The notes beneath the pieces were generated by a model. It saw nothing but the letters and a program-made list of their open reading frames with translations, was not told the origin of the DNA and searched no databases. 64,000 bases of DNA, from positions 325,190,001-325,254,000 of the forward strand of contig OZ024742.1 in NCBI GenBank assembly GCA_964016885.1. Reading direction: 5' to 3'. Positions 27,301 through 37,959 of the stretch are shown piece after piece. Source of the stretch: Eledone cirrhosa. Its lineage: Eukaryota. The first letter of the stretch is position 1; each line of letters begins with the position of its first letter. The translations under genes were made by a program, and so were the position numbers.

Positions 27301-27755
27301 ATAAACTCTACAGGCATGGAGGTGCCGTCAGCCGGGCATGTCCGAGATGCGCACAGGGCGACGAAACCGTCCTGCACGCACTCGTCCAGTGTCCGAGCAT
27401 TGCTGACTTGTGGGTTTATGTCGAACACCTGCAGTCACGTGTAGGACGGATCCAGCTATCAGCTGAGACCAGCGTGAGGATTGCCCCGCCCTCTTCCTTT
27501 AGCCGGGAAGGGCAGACAGTTTTTATCTGTCTGGTGGCCATGGCGAAAGAGATAGTATGGTGGACACGTTTGAAAGGGCTGAAGACGAGCACTTACCTCT
27601 TCGGTAATGCCCTGATTAACTTTTTCAAATTTCATTTGAAAAGGAAAATCAGGGTAGAGAGGGAAGTGCTCTCTTCCCAGCATTTTGTTGAAAGATGTGT
27701 GAGAGAAGCAAGTATGGCCCGAATGAATGGGCCTTCTCTGAGTATGTGTCTGTAA
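24334..27755 (+). pseudogene. T2 ORF2 APE endonuclease + RT + C-terminal zinc finger, about three frameshifts
   Basis: GSINAR, ISET, SYLDR, TDH, PGLDG, FRPITLLN, KAFDRV, RQGCP, YADD, CPRC..ETVLHALVQC across track ORFs 24362-25129, 25141-26358 and 26271-27755. Confidence 0.92.
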
Positions 27756-28020
27756 ATTAAATGTGGAAAACTGGGAGAGGGCACTTGCCCTGGTGGTCAG
27801 GGTCACTGTGGTCTTTTAATGGGCTTTCTCCACAAATGTCCCTCGGAAGTCTCCCTCCTATTGGGGAATTTTTCTTTGTTATTTTATTACATCCTCTGTT
27901 TTTTTTACACGCAGAAATGCCCATTTGTACCGTCCTGTATTGTCCTGTACTGTCCTTAATGTCTACTTTATGTAAACCCTTGTGGTTAATAAAGAAAACA
28001 TTATTATTATTATTATTATT

Positions 28021-31000
28021 ACAGTTGCATTTATCTTGCTTTATGTTCATACGAGTTATCACCAAGTCACAACCAGTGACCTCATGAGACAACAAGGTCC
28101 GCCATGTTCAAGAAAGAACATACATACTCACACATGCATCTTTAGTGTTTAGACAGAATCTTCCTTAGTATATGGGCAGTTTCCATTAGTACTATCTTTT
28201 GTATTTCTCCTATACGCGGGTTTCCTGGGATTTGCGATAAGTAATTATTAGACCCCTTAGGTATCATTTCCAGAGCGCCTACAACCACTGGTATTGTTTT
28301 ACTTCTCAATTTCCACATTTTTCCAATTTCTATCTCCAGGTCCTTATACTTGCTCAATTTTTCAAATGTTTTTATAGATACATTCTTGTCTATTGGAACA
28401 GACATATCAATTAGCAGGCATACCCTCTTTTTAAAGTCCTTCAATATTATATCAGGTCTATTTGCATCTATTTTTCGGTCTGTTTGGATGCTAAAGTTCC
28501 ACAAGATTGAGATGTGATCTTTTTCAAGTATGGGAGGTGGTTGATGCTCCCACCAATTCTTTTGATGGGGCAGGTCAAAATGCTTACACATTATCCAATG
28601 TATGTATTGTGCAGCTCTGTCATGCCTGTTTAGGTATTCGGTTGGAGCTATAGGACTGCACATTGAAATTATATGGTCAATGGTCTCTGGTTGTTTTTTG
28701 CATACACGGCATAATGGGCTGCATCCATTTTTTATTATGTTGGCTTGGTAATTGTTTGTTGGCAGACACTGATCTTTTGCTGATATAATCAGTCCTTCAG
28801 TCTCCGATTTCAGTCCAGAGGATGCCAACCACTGATGGGTTAAAGTTTTGTCAACATCAGGACTGTTAGCTCGTTCTGGGTATTTTCCATACAGAGGCTT
28901 TTCTTGCCATTTCTTAGCCAGTTTCTGTAGCAGTTCTTTCTTTGCAGTTACTTTTACCTGCTTTGCTTTTTCTGTGTTTTCCATTTCAGCAGTAAATGGG
29001 ACTTCTAGATAATCCAATTGTTGCAGTTTTCAACGCAATGTCTAACTGGATTAACCCACCTCCTCCTTCTTTCCTAAGGAGATATATTCTATCTGTATCT
29101 GCCTTAGGGTGATGCATTCTGTGCATGGTTAAGAATTTTCGAATTTTTGTATCGAGCCTACGGATCTCTGTGCTTGACCAGTTGATGACATTGTAAATGT
29201 AGGTTACTACTGGTATGGCAAGCGTGTTTATGGCATCGATCCTATTCCTTGCATTCAATTCCGTTCTTAAGATTGCTCTTACTCTGCGGTAACATTCCTT
29301 CCTTATCCTTTCCCTCATTGTCGAGTGCTTGATTCCGTCTCCTTCACAAACACCTAGATATTTTAAAGTTTCCTCTTGATCAAGTTCTCTGATCACATTC
29401 CCCCGATCAAGATTAATGTCTGAACTTTTCAGCAGCTTTCCTCTGGTGAACGTTGCTTTGGCGCATTTATCTAGTCCAAACTCCATTTTAATGTCATCAC
29501 TGAACTGCTCCACAGTGGATAATAGCCCTTGCAATTGTTCATCATTTTTTGCAAATAGTTTCAGCTCATCCATGTAGAACAAGTGATTAATGGTTTTGTC
29601 ATAGACTTTATATCCATGTTTTGTTTCATTGAGCATTTTACTTAATGGTATAAGTGCGATGCAGAATAAAAGCGGTGATAAAGAGTCACCCTGAAAAATT
29701 CCACAATTAATATTAACTTCTCCAGCTTCCAGTGATTTTGTTTCACTATTCAAAAGGAGTGTCGTTTTCCATGTCTTCATACTGAATGACAAAAACCTCC
29801 TGATAAAGGGAGATATTTTGAAAATCTCTAAACATTTTTCAATCCAACTGTGTGACAAACTATCGAATCCTTTTTTATAATCTATCCAAGCAATTGATAG
29901 ATTTTTGTGTCTATTATGACAATCTTCCAGTATCATTTTGTTAACCAAAAGCTGATCCTTACAGCCATATGAGCCTCGTTTACACCCTTTCTGCTCAATG
30001 GGAAATAGGTCATTTGTTATCAGGTGGTCATATGTATATTCAGCTAGGACTGATGTTAACATTTTTTTACATTATAGTCAAGCAAGTTATCGGTCTGTAA
30101 TTTTTGGGATTGTTTGTCTCATCATTCTTCGGAAGCAGGAATGTAATGCCTTTAGGTAGCCATGATGGTATCTTTTCTGGCTCCTTAACTATTTCATTGT
30201 AAAGTTGGACTAACAGCCCATGAGACTCTGTGAAGGCATTTATCCAAAAGTTTTGTATTTTGTCTTTTCCTGGGGATTTCCATTTGCTGGTTTTTCTTAG
30301 AACCAAACGCAACTGTTTAACTGTTATATTTTCCCATAATTGTTCCTCAAGGTGAGCTGTATCTTTCATTTGTCTGTCTATCCATGGGGCATGTATATTA
30401 GGAACTTTTTCTTCGGCCCAGATATTTTCCCAGAATTCTTGCACTTCTTCCTTGGGTGGTATTGATTTAGCAGTTATTGTTGACTTACCAATTTTTCTGT
30501 AGAAGTTTCTTTGGTTGTTTTTGAACATATTATTGTCCTTATAGAATCTAGATCGTTTTTCAAAGCGCCTTATACGAGCAGCTTTGGCCGACACGTTTTG
30601 ATTGATTATTTCTATTAGCATGTCTATGTCACCTGTTGGTTTTATACTGTACTTTCTTTTCAATTTTCTAAGTTTAGTTTGTTCAACATGTTCACCTACT
30701 TTATAGTTTGTTAAAATTTCTATGTCAGATCGGAGAAGGTTTATTTAGCGATTGATGTTCTCTTGCCAAGTAGATTTCTTGTGGGAATTCCTTTGTTTTT
30801 TCACTTCCCTCCACATAAGTGAGTGGTGACTTTAGCCGATGTTTAATAGAGATGATTTAAATCACTAATGTTTAGTTTGTTTGTGATGATAATGTTTTTG
30901 AGAATTATGTTAGTCTTGTGTATTATCTTTTGGTTCTGTTTGGAGTTCTGGATCTTAGGGAGGGTGTCTCGTTCCCCCATGTCAGATTCTTTCATTTTCA

Positions 31001-31309
31001 TCCATTCGATCATAATTTCATCCTTCAAGTTGGCAAGTTCATTCTCATTCATTTCTTTATCATTTACGATCTCATTATTTTCATTTGGAGTTTCATCTTG
31101 AGCATGCATTCCCTCCACTTTTTCGATCCTTTCTTTAATTTGTTCTGTTGTCAGTGATTCCGCCTCAACCCTGGGATTCGAAGTGTTACAATGTACCTCA
31201 TTTTCACTGACCCATGTTTCATTTTCCCTTCGCTGACTTTGTGCTAATAGCTTGATCTGATCAATTTCTATATCAGTTAGTAACTTTTTTTTACAACATT
31301 TCTTCGTAT
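28021..31309 (-). mobile_element. R4/Dong-clade non-LTR retrotransposon (RT + restriction-like endonuclease), 5'-truncated, in (TAA)n
   Basis: The 3' end runs into (AAT)n on its own strand and the 5' end abuts (ATT)8. Dong elements are known TAA-repeat targeters. Confidence 0.88.
28142..31309 (-). pseudogene. Dong-like ORF: RT, CCHC knuckle, RLE (frameshifted)
   Basis: KSPGKD, NYRPITCL, EQKGC, AWIDYKKGFDS, GIFQGDSLSP, YMDE (degenerate YMDD), CRVC..ETIDHIISMC, RHD, RPDII, IDMSVP, K..KY. Confidence 0.9.
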
Positions 31310-31547
31310 ATTATTATTATTATTATTATTATTGACGAAAGTGGATGTACGTTTTTTGAAGCTCCGTGAGTAAGCAATTTTTTGAGGATTAATTGTAGAG
31401 AATTGTTTATTTTTTGTACCGCTGAAGCATTATAAGACATTAATTTGTATCCTGTGAAGGAATAACTCATAATATTTGGGCCTTTTGGCCCAAATATTTG
31501 AACTTTATTTTGAAAAAAAAAATAATAATTTTTTTTCTCAAAAAAAC

Positions 31548-33458
31548 ATGGCGGAGCCACGCCCCCTAGAGGCGGGTCTGCTGTCGTGCAACGGCGACTT
31601 GAGCGTTGAGAGGAGAGGTGAGGCGAGGAGCGCCACCAGCACGAATGTGAGCAGCGACAGTGCCAGCACCAACGGGCCGAGCGGCGCGGAAGGTGGTAAC
31701 AGCGACAACACCAACACCAACAAGCCGAACAGCGCAGAAGGTGGTAATAGCGAGAGCACCAACAAAACGAACAGCACAGAGAGTAATAGTAGCGACAGCA
31801 GCAGCACCAACAAGGCCAACAGCACAGAAGGTAACCACGACACAGGGGAGAACAACAACAGCAATAGCAGCAGCAACACCAACAAGAACAACAACAGTGA
31901 CAACACCAACAAGAACACTTTCGCTGCTGTGGCAGCGGCTAAAAGGAGACCATGCTACAGCATCGACTTAACCAACAGAGAGGAAAAGTTGGCCCAGGCC
32001 TGGAAAATCATAAATCAAGAGCAGACCTGGGCAAACTTAACTGTCCCGGCAGAAGCCATTGAGGCAGTGGAAAAAAGAACGGTGCATTTCAGATGCATCT
32101 CAGTAGAGACAAAGAGGGCAGCGATAATCGCCCAAGCTGACATAGAAGCCGCACTGAAATACATCAGAGAGGACACAGACTTCATAGAGAGGGGCAGGCA
32201 ATACGGCACCGTTTCGGTGCTGTTCAAGTCTGAAGCCCTCGCTGTGAAGCATTCAATGACCCCTTGCAAAACCAGCAAGGTCATAATGTACCCCTCCCAC
32301 ATGGGAAAACGAATAGCACGTGTGCGCATTCCCAGGATTCCACCAGGACTTGATATGTGGTGGCTCCTGGGTTGCGTAATCGTGGAAGGAACGGATACAG
32401 TCCCGGTAGAGGCAACGAGAACTGCCAGGGACGACTGGTCCGGGGTTGATCTGGAGATACTGCTCCAAATCAGACCCGAAAACGTAAAAACAATCCCGGA
32501 CCACATCCGCCTCCAAAACGGGAGGGTGTTGCATATAATGACTGAGGGCAAAAGGCCGCATTGTTTCCTTTGTGGGGAAACGACACACTTGCGAGCCTTC
32601 TGCCCTCAACTGCCGAAAAGCGCAAGGGGTCGAAAGATTCCACTGCTGGCGACGCCGGGACAAGGACCACCAGCAACACCGTCAACAATGGAACCACCAA
32701 AATTGCACACCCAGGGGGGAAACGAGGAAAGCTCTCCCATTCCCCCTCCCCCCCAAAATACACACACGAACAAGAACATAAACACTCACTCAGACACAAA
32801 CACGCTCACAGCCACAGACCCCTCATCCTCCAGCAGTGAAGATGAGGGAAAACCAAAGTCCCCCAAAATACAAAAAACAAAACACAAAAAAAAAAGAAAT
32901 CCACAAAGCACAAACACCCCCACAAAAAAAAATACACACACCACCCACACAAACATTTTCCCCACAGCATCACCAACACAACCACCAAAATCCCCCAAAC
33001 GCAAACAAGCTAAACAGACACAAGAACAAATAGACACACAAACATCAGAAACTACAGACACCCCACCCACAACAAACGCAGACACAATAGAAACAACACT
33101 AACAAAGCTATCACCACCACAATCACACGAACAAATAAAACCCGAGCAACAAAACATTAAAAACTTCGTGCTTGCCAGAAGGGCCAACAAGGAATTGATG
33201 GCCCATGTAGCACGAAGCACAAACATCGAAAAAGACGGGGAAACATTTGAAGCGAGCACATTTCGCGTACCAGATAATTTGCTTCTGATGCGAATGTCGC
33301 TCGCTTCATACAAAGAAATTCGAAAGAGCTTTCCTCGGGATGTGGGAACCCCGAACGTAAAACCCACGTCAAGACTATTAAAGGGGTTCCCAAAAGAAAC
33401 CCCACAAACCATGGAGGTCGAACCACCCGACCTTCACAAGACCCCGGAAGGTAAGTAA
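31548..33458 (+). CDS. T3 ORF1 nucleic-acid-binding protein (CCHC zinc knuckle)
   Basis: Likely ATG at 31548 (aaacATGg); N/S/T-rich N-terminus, FAAVAA motif, CFLCGETTHLRAFC knuckle, P/T/K-rich C-terminus. Confidence 0.88.
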   Translation: MAEPRPLEAGLLSCNGDLSVERRGEARSATSTNVSSDSASTNGPSGAEGGNSDNTNTNKPNSAEGGNSESTNKTNSTESNSSDSSSTNKANSTEGNHDTGENNNSNSSSNTNKNNNSDNTNKNTFAAVAAAKRRPCYSIDLTNREEKLAQAWKIINQEQTWANLTVPAEAIEAVEKRTVHFRCISVETKRAAIIAQADIEAALKYIREDTDFIERGRQYGTVSVLFKSEALAVKHSMTPCKTSKVIMYPSHMGKRIARVRIPRIPPGLDMWWLLGCVIVEGTDTVPVEATRTARDDWSGVDLEILLQIRPENVKTIPDHIRLQNGRVLHIMTEGKRPHCFLCGETTHLRAFCPQLPKSARGRKIPLLATPGQGPPATPSTMEPPKLHTQGGNEESSPIPPPPQNTHTNKNINTHSDTNTLTATDPSSSSSEDEGKPKSPKIQKTKHKKKRNPQSTNTPTKKNTHTTHTNIFPTASPTQPPKSPKRKQAKQTQEQIDTQTSETTDTPPTTNADTIETTLTKLSPPQSHEQIKPEQQNIKNFVLARRANKELMAHVARSTNIEKDGETFEASTFRVPDNLLLMRMSLASYKEIRKSFPRDVGTPNVKPTSRLLKGFPKETPQTMEVEPPDLHKTPEGK

Positions 33459-33487
33459 ACCTTTCCTCTCCCATTCATCCTGCCAGC

Positions 33488-36400
33488 ATGGCCATAAGAG
33501 TAGGAAGTTTAAATGTTCGTGGCCTGGGGTCGCCCTGGAAGCAAGGGCACTTGCTCAACGACCTCAGGTCACTAGGAATGGATGTAATTGCCATCAGCGA
33601 GACCAGAATTTCCGACACACGCGCACTGGCGCCGATTTTCGACGATTATCAGATCTTTGCATCTGTTAGTCGGCCGGGAATGGGAGGTGGAGTGGCTGTG
33701 CTGTTTAGGAAATGTCTGGATCTCGAGGTAAGGTCAATCTTCCGGGATCCTGACGGAAAGTTGGTGGTCCTGGACGTGAGCAATAGCGAAGGTGGTGCCT
33801 TTAGACTGGTGGCCGTCTACGCCCCTACTGGGGCCGGTCGGCCGGACTTCTTTAGGCGCCTGGAAAACTTTCTGCTTACGTCTCGCCCTTTACTGTTAAT
33901 AGGGGATTGGAATGGCATCTTAGAAGCACGCTGGGATTGTGTGGGAGTATCTGATAGGAGCGGGGGGTGCAAAAGCCTCAAGTACCTGATCAGCCAGTTT
34001 CAACTGTCTGACAGGTACCGACTAGATTTCCCTAATGCGCCAGTATGGACCTGGACCAATCGCATAGGGTCATCTAGATCGTACATAGATAGGATTTTCA
34101 TTAGGAAAAGAGATAGAAATAGTGTAGGATGTCCACATTTTAAAACGGTTGCCTATTCAGATCACAAGCTTGTGATCTGTATGGTCGACCTAGATAAGAC
34201 ACGTAGGTTAGGACCTAGCTACTGGAAGCTAAACATGTCGTTTCCGGCACGTAAAGCTTACAGGGACCGGGTCAACAACTTAGTTAAGCAAAAGTTGACA
34301 GGGGGGGTTGTCAACAACAGGTGGTGGGGGGCACTCAAAAGAGAGATTAGAGCAACCTCGATAGGATTTAGCAAAGAAGTAGCAATAGAGAAAAATAGAA
34401 AGGAGGAGGGGCTGATAGCTAAGTTAGACGAGGCTATTTGTAGTGGCATTGCAACAGACGTGCTAGCGGCGAGAATGGCACTAGACCATTTCTTCAATGC
34501 GAAACACGAAGGTTGCATTGTCAGAGCTAAGGCGCGTGCTCTGAGGAACGAGGGAACCAAAGCTGCCCGATGGGCTCGCTTTGCAGAGACGCAGCGTGGA
34601 AATAAAACCACAATTCGGTCTTTGACGGATCGAGATGGACACGAACTGAGCAATTCCAAGCAGATGTGTGAGGCCTTTCGCCAGCACTTTGCTCGATTGT
34701 TCGGGAGGATGGGTGAGTCGGAGACGGCGGCGGACTTCAGTCCCTACCTCGACGGCTTGCCACGCCTCTCGACGGCCGACGCTGAGCGCTGCGAAGAGCC
34801 GATAACATCAGCCGAAATTCAGGACGCCCTTGTCGGCTGCTCGAGTCGCAAGTCACCCGGTTTGGATGGTCTGCCCTACGAGCTTTACGTAAATATGCCA
34901 GACTTGTTCTCCGATCTCCTCGAAGCGCTCTACTGCAACTGGCAGCAGAACGGGAGCATTCCCAGTTCTGTGAGCCGTGGCGTAGTGACGCTGATAAGGA
35001 AAGACGAGAACAAGAGGGACACACTAGATAATTTCAGGCCCATAACCCTGCTCAACACAGAGTTTAAGATTTTGGCCAAGGTGTTAGCGAAAAGGTTGGC
35101 GCTTGTCGTCAAAGATTTGGTTGGGGAGGCGCAAACTTGCGCAATCCCGACCAGGTCCATACACGACAACCTCCACCTCATGCGATACATCATAGAGAGG
35201 GTTGGGTGCAAACCTGGCTTCGGTGGGGCTCTGATCAATTTAGATCAATCGAAAGCATTCGATAGGGTCGACCATCGGTACTTGGAGGCTGTCCTCGAGG
35301 CGGCTGGCTTCGGCCCCGTCTTCAGAAGCTGGATCGCTGCAATGTACAGCGGCATCCGCTCGGTGGTCAAAGTTAATGGCCACCTCTCGGAACCGTTTCA
35401 GATCTCTCGATCGGTCCGTCAAGGATGCCCTCTCTCCTCACTTCTGTACGTATTGACTCTTGAGCCTCTACTGCGGAAGCTGGAGTTGTTGCAGGGCATC
35501 CCGCTCGAACCGGGACGTAGAAAGGCTGCGTCCGCTTATGCGGACGACATCACCGTGATGGTGTCGGACACCTCGGAAATCGAGGTGATCCGCACCCATT
35601 TGGAGGAATATGAAAGGTTGACGGGAGCAAAACTTAACCCGGAAAAGTCGGTGGGCTTGCAGCTCGGCACCTGGAGAGGCAAGTCCATGCCGTCCAACAG
35701 CGTCGTTGGGCGCTGGACAGACGGACCGGTAAAGTTGCTCGGGGTTTGGTTCGGACCAGACCTCCAGGTGGATAAGAATTGGGACGAGGTGACGAGCAGG
35801 ATAGCCAACCTCACCCAGAAATGGGCTGAGAGAAAGCTATCACTGAAAGGGCGGGCGGAGGTGGCGAACGCGTACATCGCGTCCGTCATCTACTACCGCC
35901 TGACCGTCGTGCCTTGCCCCCGTCCACGCCTCGCCAATTTGGAACGGCTCCTTTTCAAATTTTTGTGGAGGGGACGGGTCCCGTTGGTGAGGCGGTCCAT
36001 CTGCTGCCAGCACCCTCTTCGTGGAGGGCTGGGCATGCCGTGGCTAATGATGCGCAGACATGCGCTGAGGCTGCGACATCTCCAGATATTTTGCCTAAAC
36101 GGTGAACAGGTGTGGTCGCCGTTTGTTAGACGGGCCTTTCCGCAGCTCATCTCTTTGACTGAGCTGCAGTCCTGGGTCAAGAAGAGACCGAGACTGGGCG
36201 ACTGGCATCTGGAATGTTGCCAGGCGCTCACTGCACTCTGCAGGGTGGGCAATGCGGTCAGTGGAACTTCCACTCAAGATTTCTATAGAGGATTAGTGGA
36301 GGGCAAGTGCGATGACGTACTAGGAGAGGCTCTGGGCGTCAACGAAGTAGAACTGACCAGTATGTTCCGGAGGACTTTCGAGCCGGGGACGATGGATAAC

Positions 36401-36907
36401 TTCCAGAAATCCCTCGCTTGGCAGTGCTACCGGGGGGCGCTGCCGGTTCGGGATAAACTCTACAGGCACGGAAGTGCTGTCAGACGAACCTGCCCGAGAT
36501 GCGCGCAGAGCGACGAAACCGTTCTGCACGCACTCGTCCAGTGTCCGTGCATTGCTGACTTGTGGGGTTATGTCGAACAGCTATTGTCGCGTGTAGAACG
36601 GATCCGGCTATCGTCCGAGTCCATAGTGAAGATTGACCCGCCGCCTTCTTTTGGTCAGGAAGGGCAGGCAATTTTCCTCTGCCTGGTGGCAGTAGCGAAA
36701 GAGGTTGCATGGTGGACCAGGTTGAAAGGACTGAAGACAGACACTTTTCTCTTCGGCCAATCCCTCATCAACTTCTTCAAGTTTCACTTGGAAAGGAAGG
36801 TGAGGGTGGAGAGAGAAGTGCTGCCCCCCAGTACATTTACTGAAAGGTGGGTGAATGTGGCGAGAATGGCCCGTGTGAGTGGGCCTACTCTGATCATGCG
36901 CCTGTAG
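33488..36907 (+). CDS. T3 ORF2: APE endonuclease, reverse transcriptase, C-terminal zinc finger (1139 aa)
   Basis: GSLNVRGL, ISET, GDWN, SYIDR, SDH; SPGLDG, FRPITLLN, DQSKAFDRV, RQGCPLS, YADD; CPRC..ETVLHALVQC. Confidence 0.95.
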   Translation: MAIRVGSLNVRGLGSPWKQGHLLNDLRSLGMDVIAISETRISDTRALAPIFDDYQIFASVSRPGMGGGVAVLFRKCLDLEVRSIFRDPDGKLVVLDVSNSEGGAFRLVAVYAPTGAGRPDFFRRLENFLLTSRPLLLIGDWNGILEARWDCVGVSDRSGGCKSLKYLISQFQLSDRYRLDFPNAPVWTWTNRIGSSRSYIDRIFIRKRDRNSVGCPHFKTVAYSDHKLVICMVDLDKTRRLGPSYWKLNMSFPARKAYRDRVNNLVKQKLTGGVVNNRWWGALKREIRATSIGFSKEVAIEKNRKEEGLIAKLDEAICSGIATDVLAARMALDHFFNAKHEGCIVRAKARALRNEGTKAARWARFAETQRGNKTTIRSLTDRDGHELSNSKQMCEAFRQHFARLFGRMGESETAADFSPYLDGLPRLSTADAERCEEPITSAEIQDALVGCSSRKSPGLDGLPYELYVNMPDLFSDLLEALYCNWQQNGSIPSSVSRGVVTLIRKDENKRDTLDNFRPITLLNTEFKILAKVLAKRLALVVKDLVGEAQTCAIPTRSIHDNLHLMRYIIERVGCKPGFGGALINLDQSKAFDRVDHRYLEAVLEAAGFGPVFRSWIAAMYSGIRSVVKVNGHLSEPFQISRSVRQGCPLSSLLYVLTLEPLLRKLELLQGIPLEPGRRKAASAYADDITVMVSDTSEIEVIRTHLEEYERLTGAKLNPEKSVGLQLGTWRGKSMPSNSVVGRWTDGPVKLLGVWFGPDLQVDKNWDEVTSRIANLTQKWAERKLSLKGRAEVANAYIASVIYYRLTVVPCPRPRLANLERLLFKFLWRGRVPLVRRSICCQHPLRGGLGMPWLMMRRHALRLRHLQIFCLNGEQVWSPFVRRAFPQLISLTELQSWVKKRPRLGDWHLECCQALTALCRVGNAVSGTSTQDFYRGLVEGKCDDVLGEALGVNEVELTSMFRRTFEPGTMDNFQKSLAWQCYRGALPVRDKLYRHGSAVRRTCPRCAQSDETVLHALVQCPCIADLWGYVEQLLSRVERIRLSSESIVKIDPPPSFGQEGQAIFLCLVAVAKEVAWWTRLKGLKTDTFLFGQSLINFFKFHLERKVRVEREVLPPSTFTERWVNVARMARVSGPTLIMRL

Positions 36908-37157
36908 GCTGGTGAATTCGAGAAGGAGAGGGGTGCCCTTCCCGGGTGCCCTAGGAGCGTCGGGTGGCTCAGGACTGGTGGGGTGCTTGAGTCAACCCTG
37001 GGTGGTGATCCCTCTTATTGGGGAACTTTCATTGTTGTATTTTTATTGTTATTTTGTTTTTTGTTATTTATACTTACTCGATCTCTATGTAAACCCCCAC
37101 TGTCCCTGTCTATTGTGTTGTCCCCTATATGTCGGCCCTTGTGGCCAATAAATGAAA

Positions 37158-37199
<42 letters not shown>

Positions 37200-37212
<13 letters not shown>

Positions 37213-37385
37213 CACTATTTGTACAAATATGCAACATGACAATATTCTGCATATCCGCAATTGGCAATGCATATAATGCTGAAACTGGTATTGTAAATAA
37301 ATTAATGTTTTGATATCTCACTGAAAAAAAATCTCTTCAACATTTTCTACTAAAAGATTATTTTTCCTTTCTACTATTTGTTTAT
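37200..37385 (+). repeat. Dispersed ~185-bp repeat (second copy 41745-41925)
   Basis: attatcactatttgt..aatatgcaac..tctgcatat..gcaattg..ggtattgtaaataa..ttcctttctactatttgtttatata at both loci. Confidence 0.85.
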
Positions 37386-37892
37386 ATATGTTTTTTTCTT
37401 TTATCTGTCTCTACATCGGACCCTCTACACGTATCTATGTACATTTTGAATCTGGTTTTCATGTCAGCACTAAACCCACCAAGGAATCCTTATAAGAACA
37501 CTTACTCAAAGTTACTACAAACATACTATGTACTTACATGCTCTCACTTATCCTTATTTATTTCTTTATATTTTCCATTTTCTCATTTTCTTACTTTTTT
37601 AATGTACACAATCTAATCTTTTACTTTTTACTTTTTACACCTGTAACTTTTCTACCTATTTACCATATATGTTTTATTATTGATGTTATTGTTTTGATTA
37701 TACGCTATTTTTCTATATATGTCTTGCCTCGAGTGAATTATTTTTATATCTACCAGAGGTAAATAATATATTGGAGATCGAGTGGCACAACTTCAAGCGA
37801 ACTCTAGACTCACCTGATCAACGAAACAATTGTCAGTACTTTAAACAAAGCCCCTTATTGTACAGCCAACCATGTTACTCTTCATTCTTTCA

Positions 37893-37954
<62 letters not shown>

Positions 37955-37959
<5 letters not shown>

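Larger units (their letters stand above)
22199..27999 (+). mobile_element. Tx1-clade element T2, full length, frameshifted, flanked by (ATT)n
   Basis: Starts GACG after (ATT)8; ORF1 and ORF2; ends ccttgtggttAATAAAgaaaac before (ATT)7. Confidence 0.92.
31334..37159 (+). mobile_element. Tx1-clade element T3, full length and intact, between (ATT)8 and (ATT)17
   Basis: Starts GACG; two uninterrupted ORFs; 3' end ggcccttgtggccAATAAAtgaaatc. Confidence 0.95.

Noticed and set aside
23490-33412. Long antisense G/V-rich ORFs over Tx1 ORF1s (e.g. 23490-23993, 32786-33412; also 47387-47956)
   Set aside because: Shadow frames of A/C-rich low-complexity coding sequence; not conserved between copies.
33451-33486. 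36-nt mini-intron (GTAAGT...CAG) fusing T3 ORF1 to ORF2
   Set aside because: Splicing gives GAA GCA TGG CCA TAA, out of frame with ORF2, and T2 and T4 lack the AG before their ATG.
37765-37840. Hammerhead-like GAAACAATTGTC (also ~13455)
   Set aside because: The 3' half is plausible, but there is no intact CTGANGA box or stem II; too decayed to call.
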